DNA of 64,000 nt from Eledone cirrhosa (taxonomy: Eukaryota), in NCBI GenBank assembly GCA_964016885.1, contig OZ024740.1, positions 133,982,001 to 134,046,000 of the forward strand. Reading direction: 5' to 3'. The translations under genes and the position numbers were made by a program. Of the stretch, positions 13,157 through 26,934 are shown piece by piece. The notes beneath the pieces were generated by a model that worked only from the letters and a program-made list of their open reading frames with translations, did not search any database and was not told where the DNA came from. Numbering within the stretch: position 1 is the first letter of the stretch; each line of letters starts with the position of its first letter.

Positions 13157-14014
13157 GAGGGGGAGAGAGAGAGAGATACGCACACACATAGAAAAACACA
13201 GACATCTACATACACAGTCACACATGCATATACACGTATACAACTTTTTAATTATTGCTAACATGAACTGCATTATTTACTTCGAAAAATAACAAAATTA
13301 TTTTTTTGTTTCCTTCTTAAATTTACTGAAATTTATCGACACTTTTTATCATCTGGGTTTTTATGGAGGTTTTTGTGTTTACTACTTTTATTTCATTATC
13401 TATCTTATCTTTCTATAATAATGTTTTGAGTATTTTGCAATTATTTATTTATTTATGTATTCTATTTTCATATTTATTTTCATATTATTATATTTATATT
13501 TTCCGTTCTGTACTTTTTCTTTTTCATATATAGCTTTTATGGAATTTATTTTTGTTCCTTTTATATTTTCCTGAATATCTTAATGCGTCTCGTTACTTCT
13601 CTCTGTTTAACCAACCTTTATGAAAGAGACGATTTCTATTTTATAACCTCCCTTCTTTTTCAGTTGTACAGCATTTCAATTTTTATTCTTCAGCTAACAT
13701 TGCTTTACTACCTATTAACGATTAAAACATCCGTCCAGGTGGCGTGTTAGAAATTAAAGAATTCTAGCTATAATATGGTAGCATAGCAAACGTAGAGGCA
13801 GAGGGATAATGTGGTGAAAATATAGTGGGAAAGCGAGAAGTAGGAGGGATACAGAGGCTCCGGAGAAGGAGTGAAAGAGAAGAAAAAAATGACAAGAAAG
13901 AATGGGGAATAAAGTTAGCTACCTACAAAGAAATTGCGTGTAGATAGATAGACAGAATATCGATAGATAGGTGCGTTGTATGGAGGTAAGTATTTGGATC
14001 AATATGTATATATG

Positions 14015-14045
<31 letters not shown>

Positions 14046-14447
14046 GTGGGGAGATAGGTGGGTGGCAGGGAGGTAGTGGATCAATATATATATTCAGAAA
14101 CGAAATATATATATATAGTTAGACATATATGTAGATAGATAAATAGATAGACAGACAGATAGATAGATAGATAGATGTCTGCCTTTGTGCCTCTTTGTAC
14201 GGACAGGCATGTGTATGTATATGTCTGTACGTGTTTGTGTATATGAGTAGATGTACGCGTATGCTTGTGTGTGTCCTTGTATGCGTGTGCGTGTGTGTGC
14301 GCGTGTGCGTGCGTGTGGGAGCTGATGTACGAGGGCATATAGGCAGGCGCCTGTGGTCGTGTATGTTAGTTATATGGTCACGGGCGAGTGTGTATATATG
14401 AGAGTGTGTGTGTTATGTATATGGGTGTGTATATGTACATGTGTGCG

Positions 14448-14493
<46 letters not shown>

Positions 14494-14946
14494 CGCGTGT
14501 GTATGTATATATGTATATATGTGTGTGTGCATGTGTGTGTATATGTGTGTGTGAGTGACTTGTGAAATACCAAACCCACCATGAATTCATTGAAGTGTGT
14601 CGGACGGAGAGTAGCTGATGAACAGTATGGCAGCAATTATTGGCCAGAATTTATGATGACGTAGAAAAACAACAGCCAACAGCAGGCCAAGCGAGGAAGA
14701 TGTTTTTTTAAGCTAAAACCCCAGTGAGAAAATTTGTTCAGAAATTATTGGAAGTGTCCGACGAACCTGCAGTTCTAGAATCAGACAGATCCATAAAATG
14801 ATCGTGTCTCGAGCTGTCTGCCGGCGAAACAATTGTAACACACAATAAATTGCGTCCAGATGCATCAGTGATTTTTCGTTTTATATTATATATATATATA
14901 TAGATGCATAGATAGATAGATAGATAGATGGATAGATAGATAGATA

Positions 14947-15581
14947 TGTTTCTTTATTAGCCACAGGAGCACAAAAGAAGGGAACAAATACAAAGGGAGA
15001 GTTTACATACAATAAAAACGTGTAAAATATTATCACAAATGTAATTTCAAAATTAGTCGATTTTCCCCAATAGGGGGAGACATTTCATATGGGTAACACA
15101 TACCCCCCAAAAAAATGTGCAACTCTCAACTTCAGGAGTACGAAGAGTTTGTACTCCTTTCCTCTCCTCCTCTTTTTCCTCAACCTACAGGCTGATATAG
15201 AGAGAAGGCCCATTCACTCGGGCCATTCTCGCCACTTTCACCCACCTTTCATAAAACTTGCTGGGGTACAGCACCTCTCTCTCCATCCTGATTCTTCTTC
15301 CAAAGTGGTATTTGAAAAAAAAATCAGTTGTTGGCCGGAGAGAAAGGTGTCTGACCTCAGTCCTTTCAACCTTGTCCACCAAGCTATCACACAAAGGAAA
15401 ACCGCCTCTCCTTCGTTTTTGAAGGAGGGTGGCGGTTTGATCATGACAATGGACTCGGTGGTCAACCGGATTGGTCCCACCCGCGACAATAGTCGTTCTA
15501 CATAGCCCCACAGGTCGGTGACGCCCGGGCAGTGTATGAATGCGTGCGCGACGGTTTCTTCGTCTCGCACGCACCTCGGAC

Positions 15582-15585
<4 letters not shown>
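14947..15585 (-). mobile_element. 5'-truncated Tx1-clade copy (subfamily of the intact element at 48391) inserted in (GATA)n
   Basis: Near-identical to 48391-49049 (CPRCVRDEETVAHAFIHC...NGPSLYISL + 3'UTR), with a short in-frame deletion (MAKEVV missing); GATA arrays at ~14901-14946 and 15582-15670. Confidence 0.95.
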
Positions 15586-15670
<85 letters not shown>

Positions 15671-16581
15671 TGAAATAAGACATTTGTATCATAATGACAA
15701 GGATTAGAGATTGATGAAAGATAGAATGAGATAAGAAAAGTCATTAACAGTGGAAATGAAATTAAGAAGAGGTACTGAACCGTGAAATTTACATCTCGAG
15801 AAAGAGGTGAAGGAGGAAGAATACAATGTTGTTGTTTTTTTGTTTTGTTTCTTATGTTTTTGTTTTTTTATTATATTGTAGTCAACAATTCTATTTATCT
15901 CAGTATTGAAATGGTATATCAAAAGCACACGGAAAAGACATTTTTATCCATCAGCACCAATGCCTCTAACACATCATCGTCTCTACTATTGGGTCGTCAA
16001 GTATGAAATTTGTAAAAATGTGTAGAAAAAATTCAAATGTCTACAAATTTTATACTTGACCATCCAATATTATTTCTACTTATCACTGATTCCATAAACC
16101 CTAATGGAGCTTTGACATATAACTTGCCTTAGACATTTTAAGCCTAATGACACCAATATCTCTCCATGACTACAGCCCGGTTTTTTTTTCCAAAGAGTGA
16201 AAGAGTGTGCGAGAGGAAACGAATTGATACGATTTGGGGATTGGTACATTGTTTACCATCTCCGAAACGATGAAAGGCAAAGTAAGTTTCGGTGGGATTC
16301 GAATTTATCCTGAATGTTTACTGCAATGCAATTTATGCCACCTCCTAATGGCTCTACCAATTCATCTACTATACTATTAATGAATAATTGTTCTGATTTA
16401 GGTGAAAGTCAATTAAATCTATTTTAAGACTTGACTGACACTTTACTTTATCAACACCGGAAGGCAAAAAAGCAAAGTTGACATTGGCGGGATTTATACA
16501 CAGGACGTAAATAGCTGGAAATAATACTGCAAACCATTTATCCGGCTCTCTAAATATACTGCCAGTATTATAATAATAATA

Positions 16582-16765
16582 ATTGTTTCTACGTTAGGCA
16601 CAAGGCCAGCAAAAACCCAGTGTATTACTGGTACTTTATTTTATCGACCCCGTAAGGGATGAAAGGGAAAGTTAACCTCGGCGGGATTTGAACTCAGAAT
16701 GGCAAGGGCCGTAACTCTATGCGTCAAAGCATGGCGTCCGATCCTCTACCAATACTGCCAATCCA
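16582..16765 (-). mobile_element. tRNA-derived SINE, full length
   Basis: Minus strand: A-box TGGCAGTATTGG, B-box GAGTTCAAATCC, core ttt(g/c)cctttcatcc...ggggtcgataaaataaagtacc, (TTA)n tail. Degenerate copies also at ~16255-16350 and ~16420-16565. Confidence 0.85.
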
Positions 16766-16794
16766 AATGCTATTGTTTTATGATGTCATCTATA

Positions 16795-17320
16795 TTTTAC
16801 GAACAGAGGAAATATTAAAGAAAGCTAAAAACAAATTTAAGTAATGAAAAATAAGGGGGGAAAGGTGGATCTGACTGTCTAGGATAGTAGAAGAAAGGAC
16901 TATAAATGTGAAGAAAAGTAGGGAAAGCGTAAGGCAGTTGGAGGTATAGAGGGTGGGGGGTGACAGACTTCGTACATAGGTCGGGGCGGTGTTTCGGCTG
17001 CACCCAGCGAACAAAACTGTAAAGGCATTTCTGAGGACAATTGCCAACGGCCACCCCAGTTCGCGGAGCTCCTTCCCCAGACAGGCTGCTGACGTTCCGA
17101 TTTTATGGAGGAGCTCGGCTGTACGGGGTCCAAGGACGCGTGACCGGTGCAAAGAGGAAGTGGCCGGACAATCCCGGTATTTCCTTGTCTTCGTGTTGTT
17201 TGTATTGCGGGCTTCGGTATCGGGGTTTGTGGCCGAAGCGACAAAGCTGGAGGCGGAGAACATGTCACAGCATGTCGTGTCACAGACGAGGAACTTACCA
17301 CCTTCGAATGGAAAGAGGGT
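16795..17320 (-). mobile_element. CRE-like non-LTR retrotransposon 3' fragment (RLE domain)
   Basis: TLFPFEGGKFLVCDTTCCDMFSASS...TKTRKYRD...LGPRTAELLHKIG...LRNAFTVL fits the CRE-type PxxxGKxLxWDxTCxDT...KxxKY...GP...RGNAxxVL pattern. Confidence 0.65.
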
Positions 17321-17540
17321 AATTGTTTCTACTATGGGCGCAATGCCAGCAATTTGAAAGGAGGGGAAAAGTCGATTAAATCGACCCCAGTTCGATACTG
17401 GAACTTTATTTTATCGAACCTGTAACGTGAAAGGCAAATTTAACACCAGCGGAATTTTAACTCAGAACGTAAATGGCCGGAAGAAACGCCGCAAAGCATG
17501 TGGTTAGATGCGCCAACATTTTTGCCAATCCGCCGCCCTT
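17321..17540 (-). mobile_element. tRNA-derived SINE (longer variant)
   Basis: Same head and core as 16582, with extra gaggggaaaagtcgattaaatcgacccc segment. Confidence 0.8.
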
Positions 17541-18923
17541 CAGATTAGGATAAATAACGAGAATTATCTGGCTTCTATTTTAACAAGTCGTAAAATCAAG
17601 TCGAGATTCTTTTATTGACACATTTCGTTGTAAGTGTCCTCGTACTTGAAAGCTATGTATAAGTGGGGATGAGAAAGTAGATTCGAAACTGAGAGCTTGA
17701 GAGGTTTTGTCGAGAGAGCGATATAGAGTGTGTGTGGGGGCGTGTATGTGTTTGCGTGGGTGTTTGGAATTAAAAGATAACTTCAGCAAACGCAATGCTT
17801 TTATCTACATGAGTGCTACTAGTTACGAAATGATAGATCAATGGATACTGTATAGTTAGTGGGAATCATCTTGACAAAGTATCATACGCTTGGATTGAAC
17901 TTTGTATAACGAGAGATCCTGAAAGTTATTTGATTCTCGATGGTGTACTTTTATTTCATTATGGTCATCTCACAGCCATTTATAGAATAAGTAAACTAAA
18001 GTGCTGATAGTGAGAGGCCACTAAGAGATTTCTCTATGCCTGAACTACTGTAGCGAATTTACAAGTGAAATATTTACAGAATATAAGGATATGAGCTTTT
18101 TTACGATGGATATGTAGAGTAATTTATCTAAACGAATCGTATCACTTATCCAGGTAGCTCACTCAGAGAAGATTCATCCCTAGCAACATGACATGGAATC
18201 AATTTTGAATATTCATTTGAAAGAATACTGCAGCAGGCCAAAACTGATAGAACAGCAGATAAAACGTCACGTACTAGATAGTTCTGAATTCAAATCAAGA
18301 CGATGTTGAACTACAGATTTCATTCTTCTAACATCAATAAAACAAGACAATAATGGGTCTATAAAAAACTTGTATACGTCATTCCTTCTGCCTGTGTTTG
18401 AAATGATTTTAATTGTTATTATAATTACTTATGTATTTTAATTTGTTGCAGGAACAGTTTTCTTAAGGGTATGGTATACACTTCATTCAGCATCTCTCGC
18501 CTTCATAAGAATTCCGAAATAAAAATAAATCTAATAATAATTTTATAAGCAATTAAAGAATACTAAATATGCATGTTTTATCCCATATGCACGATTGTGT
18601 GTCCCACCAGAAATCTATGTATTGCAGGCGCTTTATTTGCCTCTGCGTGTGGCTGTGTATGAGCACGTGACAACAACTTACCTAACCATTGGAAGATTGG
18701 AAAACATTAGATGACGCGAATGAAAACAGAGAGAATGAAAGAGAAAAAAGTTGTGTTTGTGCATATAATATATTTGTGCGTGTTCGTTGCTTTAACAGTA
18801 AGTCATGTGTTTGTCTATGTATGATTATGTCTATGTATGATTATGTCTATGTATGATTATATATGTGTGTATTTTGTCTATGTATGATTATGTCTGTGTG
18901 TGTGAGTTTGATCATTATTTTTA

Positions 18924-19145
18924 AGGGCGGTTGATTGGCAGTATCGGTAAAGCGTCGGACATCATGCTTAATGGCATAGGATTATGACCCTATACGTTCT
19001 GAATTCAAATCCCGCCGAGGTCAGCTTTGCCTTTCATCCTTACCAGGTCAATATAATAAAGTACCGTAACCCACTGTGGTCTTTTTAATCGAAATCCCCT
19101 CCCCAAACATTGCTGGCCTTGTGCTTAAATTAGAAACCATTATTT
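18924..19145 (+). mobile_element. tRNA-derived SINE
   Basis: gggcggttgattggcagtatcgg (A-box), gaattcaaatccc (B-box), ctttgcctttcatcct core, gctggccttgtgc 3' end. Confidence 0.85.
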
Positions 19146-19330
19146 GTAATATCAGTATATGTATGTCTCTATGTTTATTAGTCATTCAAAATATTCTTCA
19201 ACTATAACAATTCCAACAGTCAATTGTATCCAAGCCATATTAAATAAAATATAAATATCATGCAAAAAAACTAATTAATTGATTATCAACGATAAGGCCT
19301 CAGCGTGCTCGATCAACCTGTTATAAATAA

Positions 19331-19435
19331 CTGTTTCTACTTTTGGCACAAGGCCAGCAATTAATCAGTGCATTACTGGTACTTTATTTTATTGACCCCG
19401 TAAGGATGAAAGGCAAAGTTAACCTCGGCGGGATT
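19331..19435 (-). mobile_element. SINE 3' half nested in an older repeat (~19290-19600)
   Basis: Same core; interrupts an aacctg..taaataac / aacaacaaactcccctt-caaatcac repeat that is also seen at ~30005-30100. Confidence 0.7.
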
Positions 19436-20384
19436 AACAACAACAAACTCCCCTTCAAATCACAACCAACTCTCATATGAAAGGGAGAATATATTTAACA
19501 TCGTAGTTCTTCCTAGATATTCAAGGAAAACAGGATTGTCACGTTTGGAATGGATTTAATCGTAAGTCTACTAGATCATGCTTGCGTGGAACTAAACAAC
19601 TTCTTAACGTGTATTTAATTCAAAATATATGATCCTATAGAAAATCACAAGAAAAAATCAGGAAATTTCAGTGATTTGAACATTAATATATGGCCATATA
19701 TCTGTGGGGATGTTAGATTAGAATATTGCATCTTTTATCTTTGCCTTTTATCTTTAACTTGTTCTAGCCGAGATTTTCTATGGCCGTACTTCTTTGGTTG
19801 ACTATTGACACACGAGAGAGTTTGACACGGCCGTCTTCTGCTTTGGGCTGATCTGAGATCTTAACTAGCAGAATGTCAATATAATCATTATATTATTGTT
19901 ATATAGTTAGTTTTCTTATAAATGTTAAAATAAAAGTCAAGCTGGAAAGTCAACATGTAATGCTCAATCATGGGGCTGCCGATGTAAGTAATGTAAATTT
20001 GCAGTTAAGGCGCGTAACGAGAATTATTGTTCATTATTAATTTACTCGATAAAGTAGGATGGATATTATGCTAGTGTGCATAATTTATCAATTCTGAATT
20101 AAATACGTTCTGACTTCAAATCCTGCTAAGGGTAGCTTTGCCTTTCAACCTTATGGGACCGATAAAAGAAAATACTAGTAACGCACCGGGTTCGATGTAA
20201 TAGACTTTCCACTTCCATTCAAATTACTGTCCATATTATTCTTACACCAAAGTCAAACTCTCACTAAAAACTTTACACAATTCTTTTACTGTAGACAATG
20301 CTTGCTATAGCTTTCAGTTTTGTCTTTCTTTGTTTTTTGTTGTTGTTTTTGTACTTGATCTTGTATGATTGCATATATATAGAG

Positions 20385-20422
<38 letters not shown>

Positions 20423-20577
20423 CGTGTGCGTGTGTGTGTAAAAGGTAAACAGAAATAACAACACAATCGGTACAGCATATGGAAGGGAAATATTAGGTTA
20501 ACGCTTGATATAGCAGGAAGCGGGTCTTAATGGTTTGTAAAGCTGTACGTGGGTATCTCCCATCATCAAGGAAGTCA

Positions 20578-20611
20578 CGCGTCTGATGAGCTATCGAAAC
20601 CAGAGTCGCGC
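20578..20611 (+). ncRNA. Ultra-minimal hammerhead motif
   Basis: gcgt-CTGATGA-gctatc-GAAA-c-caga-GTC-gcgc; GUC cleavage triplet, 1-bp stem II. Confidence 0.55.
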
Positions 20612-20614
20612 CCG

Positions 20615-20751
20615 ATCCATAGGAATCGTACTTTGAGCTGATTGATCAATCATGAAACGGGCGTGACACCTGAATAAGCTTCATCATGATACTTTTGACA
20701 CCTCTTTCCTACTCATTACTTATATATATATATATATACAACTCAGAGCTG

Positions 20752-20806
<55 letters not shown>

Positions 20807-20942
20807 CTCTGAGTTGTATATATATATATATATATATATAAGTAATGAGTAGGAAAGAGGTGTCAAAAGTATCATGATCAAGCTTATTCAGGCATGACGC
20901 CCGTTTCATGATTGATCAGCTCAAGGTACGATTCCTATGGAT
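20615..20942. repeat. ~330-bp palindrome centred on a (TA)n tract
   Basis: 20615-20751 is the reverse complement of 20804-20942 with few mismatches; centre is (TA)n at 20752-20803. Confidence 0.9.
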
Positions 20943-20944
20943 TG

Positions 20945-21209
20945 TACCTTGAGTGAGCTCAAAAGTGACACAGAGGAGACTGAGGTTAGCTGGACATGCT
21001 CACCGACATCCAGAGTTGACATTGCACTCAGTGATCCTGTGGGAGCCCTACATGGACACACTAGAAGAGGACGACCAAGGTTAACGTATGTTGATGCCCT
21101 AAGGATAGGAACTGGTTTGTTGGAGACGCAGGACATGGCAGCGATAATGAGGGACAGAGATCGCTGGAGAGAACTCGTCCATGGATCTCGGAAATTTTAC
21201 CCGCCCTAG
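20945..21209 (+). mobile_element. RTE/RTEX-like LINE 3' fragment
   Basis: RRLRLAGHAHRHPE...HGHTRRGRPRLTYVDAL...MRDRDRWRELV is a typical RTE-group C-terminus. Confidence 0.75.
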
Positions 21210-22591
21210 AGATATATATATATATCACGCTTTCACTTGGTCCTTCCGTATGTATCTGGCATCTATCTATATCTTCTCCCATCCCAAATTGATCTGTATA
21301 TATAATTTTCATATTTTCTTGTATTCCATTCTATTCTGTCACCCCCCCCCCTCTCTCTCTCTTCACTTCACAATCTTATTTCTGTTATCCGTCCATCGAT
21401 ATTTATAAATCGTTATTTATCTGCTCAATCTATCAACTTTCTATTATTTCAAGCTATTACTCTCGTTCTCACCTACTCCCACTCTCTTGCTTTCTGTTCA
21501 CATTTTATCATATACTGTTGACTGTAGATATTTTTTTTTTCTATGTATATATATATATGCGTATGTAAAGAGAGAGAATGTATAAAGAGAGAAAGATATA
21601 CATATATAAACATACATACGTGTACATAACGTTTCTTGAAATTTTATAGTGTTTGAAATGCCTTTAATGCTGCGTAAAACACGACATACACACACACACA
21701 CTTGATGCACCAACAAGAATAACAAGAACACCAACAAAACAATAACAACAACGATAACAATTCAAATTCTTGTTTCTCTTCGTTTTCGTTTTGTTTTCAC
21801 TTCTCCGGCTTTTGAGAAACAATAGCAAATCATTTTTAATGTGAAATCGAAAGAAATAAAGCCATCAATCTTAGAATTAATGAAAGAATACGTGTTTTCA
21901 CCGTTCATTAACGAATTCTTGGTGTAAATATTGAGTGGAAAGTCCCGGCATTGGAAATTTATGACCGGCGAATTAAGTACAGAGTAACCAGTTCACAAAA
22001 GCTCAATTACAGAGGAGAAATTTCGGCGACATGGGACAGTTTCTCCTGGGAAACCATTCTGCTGAAATGGTTTTTACTGGTTGCGCTGCAATATACGATA
22101 GAAAATGCGCATATTTATATACGTATATGTATGTGTGTGTGTGTGTATGTTTGTATGAGTTTATATATATATATATATATATATACATTATATATATTAT
22201 ATATTTATATTATATATATTATATATTTATACGCTTCTGTCACTATATCTATGTGTATGAATATATATATATATACATATATAAGTGTGTGTGTGTATGC
22301 GTGTGTGCATGCAGATATGTATATAAGTATATAAGTATATAAGTATATAAATATACGAATGCCTTTGTGTGCACATAAATACTGTGCTTAAGTATACATG
22401 TTTAATGTCTTGCTTTTTGTATACACATATGTACATGGTAGTAGACATATGCGTAGTTGCAAATAGCTTTTGTATTTGTGTAGTTGCATAGTTATGCCAG
22501 TGTATGAATATTCTTATACATTAATGTACATATGTATGCACACACACACACGCTAATGCACATATATATTTATATAAATGTGTATATATAA

Positions 22592-22786
<195 letters not shown>

Positions 22787-23359
22787 ATATAGAGAGTGAT
22801 ATATAGACACAACACACATATATATATAAACTTACACGGGAAGGTATTTTGTAGTTTGTAATAAATATATATATATAATAAAGGTGATGAAGAATGAAAG
22901 AGGAGGTGGGTAGCGAAAGTTAGTTGATATGAGATAGTGTTGGAAGATGTTCCTGTTCAGTTCTGTAGTAGATAAAATACATATGGGAAATAAAAAAAAT
23001 ATAAGAGGGAAAGAAGCGTCACCACATTGGATGAGGTTTTAAACGGTATCGGGGTGCTAGGAAACCACACGGAAATAAGAATGTACAACCATTTTAAAAT
23101 TTAGCACGGATGAAGTGAGGCAAACAGACATAAAGCAAGCCAAGAAACTCTGCTAAATCACTCGACAAATCATACATACTTACTGCTATACACTATCAAC
23201 TTTTTGCAAGATTTTCTTTTTAGTTAATAAATGATATTGAAGAATGGGTGTTAACAGAAGACTTTACGAGTTTTTTTCTTTTAAGTATCGTTCATTTATT
23301 TATGTTTGTGGTTTTTACCGCTGTCGTCTTATTTCTCTTTTTTTTTTATCTTATTTGAA

Positions 23360-23411
<52 letters not shown>

Positions 23412-23959
23412 GTGCCTATGAACGTATGTGAATGGGAATTTGTAATAAATATGTATTTATTGATGATGATGATGATTCTTACCTATCATTTAGAATCATC
23501 TACAATATGTGCAGTCTTTGTAGGTGTATGAAGAATGAGACGACTTTTCTGTGCTTATTTCTTGTATGTTTGTTTGATTTTGTATTTAATTTCGATTTTA
23601 TATCTGAATTGATGATTCAAAGTGTTGAATTACGAGGTCTTGCTTGCGAAACGTGTATAAATAAAACGTTTATATAGAGGACTGATGATTATTTTTCCAA
23701 AAATGACTGTGCGGTGAAGTAAAGGTTCAAATAACTGAATCAGTTAACGCATGGTATAAGAAGGTGGGTGAGTCACTGGGCTAGGGTTACTATTCTGACA
23801 TAAGCTTTAGTTCAGAGTTAGCATTGACACGGTATCTATTAATGTTGATAACGTTGATGATCTAAATTAATGTTTTTGATGTTAGTGGACCTCTTTTTTT
23901 TTCCGACAACGAGTGTTACAATTTTTCGAACAACGAAACAACCTTTTGGTAAATTTAAC

Positions 23960-24175
23960 CAGCCGGTCACTGAGCAGGCACGTGCAACCATAACCATTTA
24001 TATTACAGAAAATTCAGCGTTCCTCTGAATAACAAGCACAACTTATCTTTGTCAGATCAGTGGAGTGGAGCAGCATAAAATAATGTATTACTGAAAGACA
24101 CAACGCCCCGTCTGAAATTGAACTCAAGATCTTTCTATAGAAGTCCGAAAAGCTTAAGCACTAGGCCACATGCCA
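23960..24175 (-). mobile_element. Second tRNA-derived SINE family, degenerate
   Basis: Minus strand: ggcatgtggcctagtgcttaag (A-box)...gagttcaatttc (B-box)...gcgttgtgtcttt. Confidence 0.5.
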
Positions 24176-24650
24176 TCAGTAAAGTAATGTTGAATATAAT
24201 GTTCTTAAAAACATTTAGTTGGTAAACGCATTTTGGATAGTCACCTTCTTAAAGAATCGCTCGGTTTAACACCACATCTTTGGTCTTTGGATGACTCTAG
24301 TGAAGTTCAAACCGTTGCAAGCAGGTTTTTTTTTCCAGGATAAACTCCTACCAACATCACACCAGTGTAGGAGGCCCCGATTAAAAGGTAAAAAAAAGAA
24401 AAACAAAGAAATGTGTTCAAATTTAGAAGGGCGAGCGTTATCTTCCACCAAATGCACTTCGTATAGCAATAGCTTATGCCAGAATAGGAACCATCGACCC
24501 AGCGACTCCCCCCACCTCCTTATAGGTACGTTGTAGGTCGTCGTATAATGTATATATTAGTTCTTTGCTTTATTTCTATTTTTGGATCATTTGCTATCTC
24601 ACACCTTCTCATTCCCCGTCTCTTTCTCTATCGTTCTCTCTCCACTTCAG

Positions 24651-25750
24651 CAGGGCCGGAATTGATCCGTGGAGGGGGGGGGGCACGACTTATCTTATAC
24701 CGCCCCCTTACATAAAATTTATAATACGCAACAAATCTACAAAATTGCACATCGCCCCTGTTTATTGCATGCAATTTGAAGTGACAAGCTAGACATACAA
24801 ATATTAAATCCTAAACACGGACCAGTAATACATGAATGTAAATACATTGATGTAATATGGAAATAGAGATACATACAGAAACGTTAAATGTAAATGTACA
24901 TAGTATAGACGCAATAGACAAAAGTAAAATGTTATATATAAAGGTGCTGACATGCTAGTGCTAAGGCTTCCACAAAATAATTCGCAAATATACTAAACGC
25001 ATAGGCCAAAGGTATCAACTCCGCCATAATAGGATTACACGAATCTATCAAATCAAAACGTTACCTAAAAAATGTACAGTAAGTTATACCTATTTAGTGA
25101 TAAGTATCATTATAATACCTACAAAAAGTGTTTCTTTCCACAACTACAAAATCTTGAATGAACTCATGAAACACCATCAACTTAATCCCACTGCTCTCTA
25201 CATCTCGTATTTGGTGGGTCATCATGATTCTCAGTTAAATCTTTATGAGAGTTAATTTGCTGAATGATCACTCTCCTGAAACCTTATATCTATGAAGCTC
25301 AAATATATTATATGAACTACATCAACACTTGGAAAGGTAACAGCAAGCCATCCATCATGGAGTAACAGTGTCTCTTGAGATGGCCTCAGTGTGGTAAAGG
25401 CTGCAAAATGGACAATTTCTTCCATCACCACATAACTAAATTCATGCGGGAAAGCAGTAATAGGTTTCCCAGCTTTAGTTTTTATCTCTGCATCAGGTAA
25501 ACTACATAATTTCACTAAGGCTTTGAAATTATGCACTAATTCATAAGCTAGACTCGATTTTTTTACAGAAAACATCTAAAATGATATTAATGCATTAAAG
25601 GTCCTGCAACTGAGTTTGTCTCCTTGGGAATGAACAATTCCCCTGAGACTAATGTTGGATTTGTATTGTCATGTTGGCCTACCTGTTGTTGTTTTGTAGT
25701 TCCACAAAATCCCTGATCAGCAAAACTTATCTCATTAAGAAAACCTACTG
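24651..25750 (-). pseudogene. hAT transposon remnant (C-terminal dimerisation domain plus CAGGG terminus)
   Basis: TFPSVDVVHIIYLS then, frameshifted, SGE*SFSKLTLIKI*LRIMMT, matching hAT-dimer SxERSFSKLKLIKxxLRSTM; cagggccgga end at 24651. Confidence 0.65.
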
Positions 25751-26934
25751 TACTAATCTGTTAGACACGCAGTGACTAACGACAGAATGTTTTAAGTCTG
25801 CATGTCTGACAATATATGCGTAGCTTGTGAATAAAAGATTCAAGGTGTATCGCTGGTCGTGGTGATTCCTTCCAAACATGTTTTGTAATGTATCGTCTTA
25901 TTGGCTAATTTCATCATCTTATTGGCTAATCAACCAACGAGACTAATTGTTGCTCAAAAGCGTTTTGTTTGTACGTTTATTTATCGTTTCGCTTTCGAAT
26001 CTCTCTCCTGTATTTTGTCGTTTTATCATCAAAATATTTTTCTCGTTTTGGTCAGTTATATCGTTAATTTATATATGATTTTTTAAATTTATATTAACTA
26101 TTTTTTTTTCAGTTCGTTATAACATGCTTAGAATATTGGTTGTGTCATATTTACTTGTATATATGGCCATATTATTGTTCGTTTTATGTTAGATTATTTT
26201 ATTATTATTATGTTAGATTATTTTTTTATGACTATGTTAGACTATTTGTATGTAATATTTAATTTTTATTAATTCAACTATAACAATTATTATGTAAGAT
26301 ATATTTATTTAATATCTTTGTATCTTGTTCCTCTTTATATAGTGTAATGGAATATAGGCATGGTTCGGATTGTAATACAAACTGCACATTCTTTGTAAAA
26401 ATGTGTAAGAATAATTTTTCTAAAAGCTTTGTTTGTAAAAATTTGTAAAAATAATTTTTTTTAAATTTTATTTGTAAAAGTTTGTACAAATATTTTTTAA
26501 ACTATTGTTTTTACAAAAGTTTGTAAATTTTTGTTTGTAAACATTTTTAAAACACTCCAAGATAGCGTATATTCAATAATAAATTGATAATTTATAGTGA
26601 CAGTCATCTGGCAGTCATATTATGATTGTAAACTTTGTAATTTTGATTCAAAAAGAATTTTGTAATTGTAAAATTTTGTAATTTTGATCTAAAATAACTT
26701 TGTAATTGTAAAATTTTGTTCTAAAATAACCTTGTAATTGTAAAATTTCATATTTTTGTAATTTGTCCGCAAAAATATCAATTTTTAATTTAATGTACTT
26801 AGCTTACTATGATAGTCAACTACAGGTGTCACGTGCGTTTAAATTTTTTTTGATATTATTAATATATTCGATCGCAAATGTTATTTCCTCTTATTTTGTA
26901 TTTTTTTAAGCTACTAATAAGTATTTATTTGCAG

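Noticed and set aside
14570-14880. Possible host exon
   Set aside because: No clean open frame or recognisable domain.
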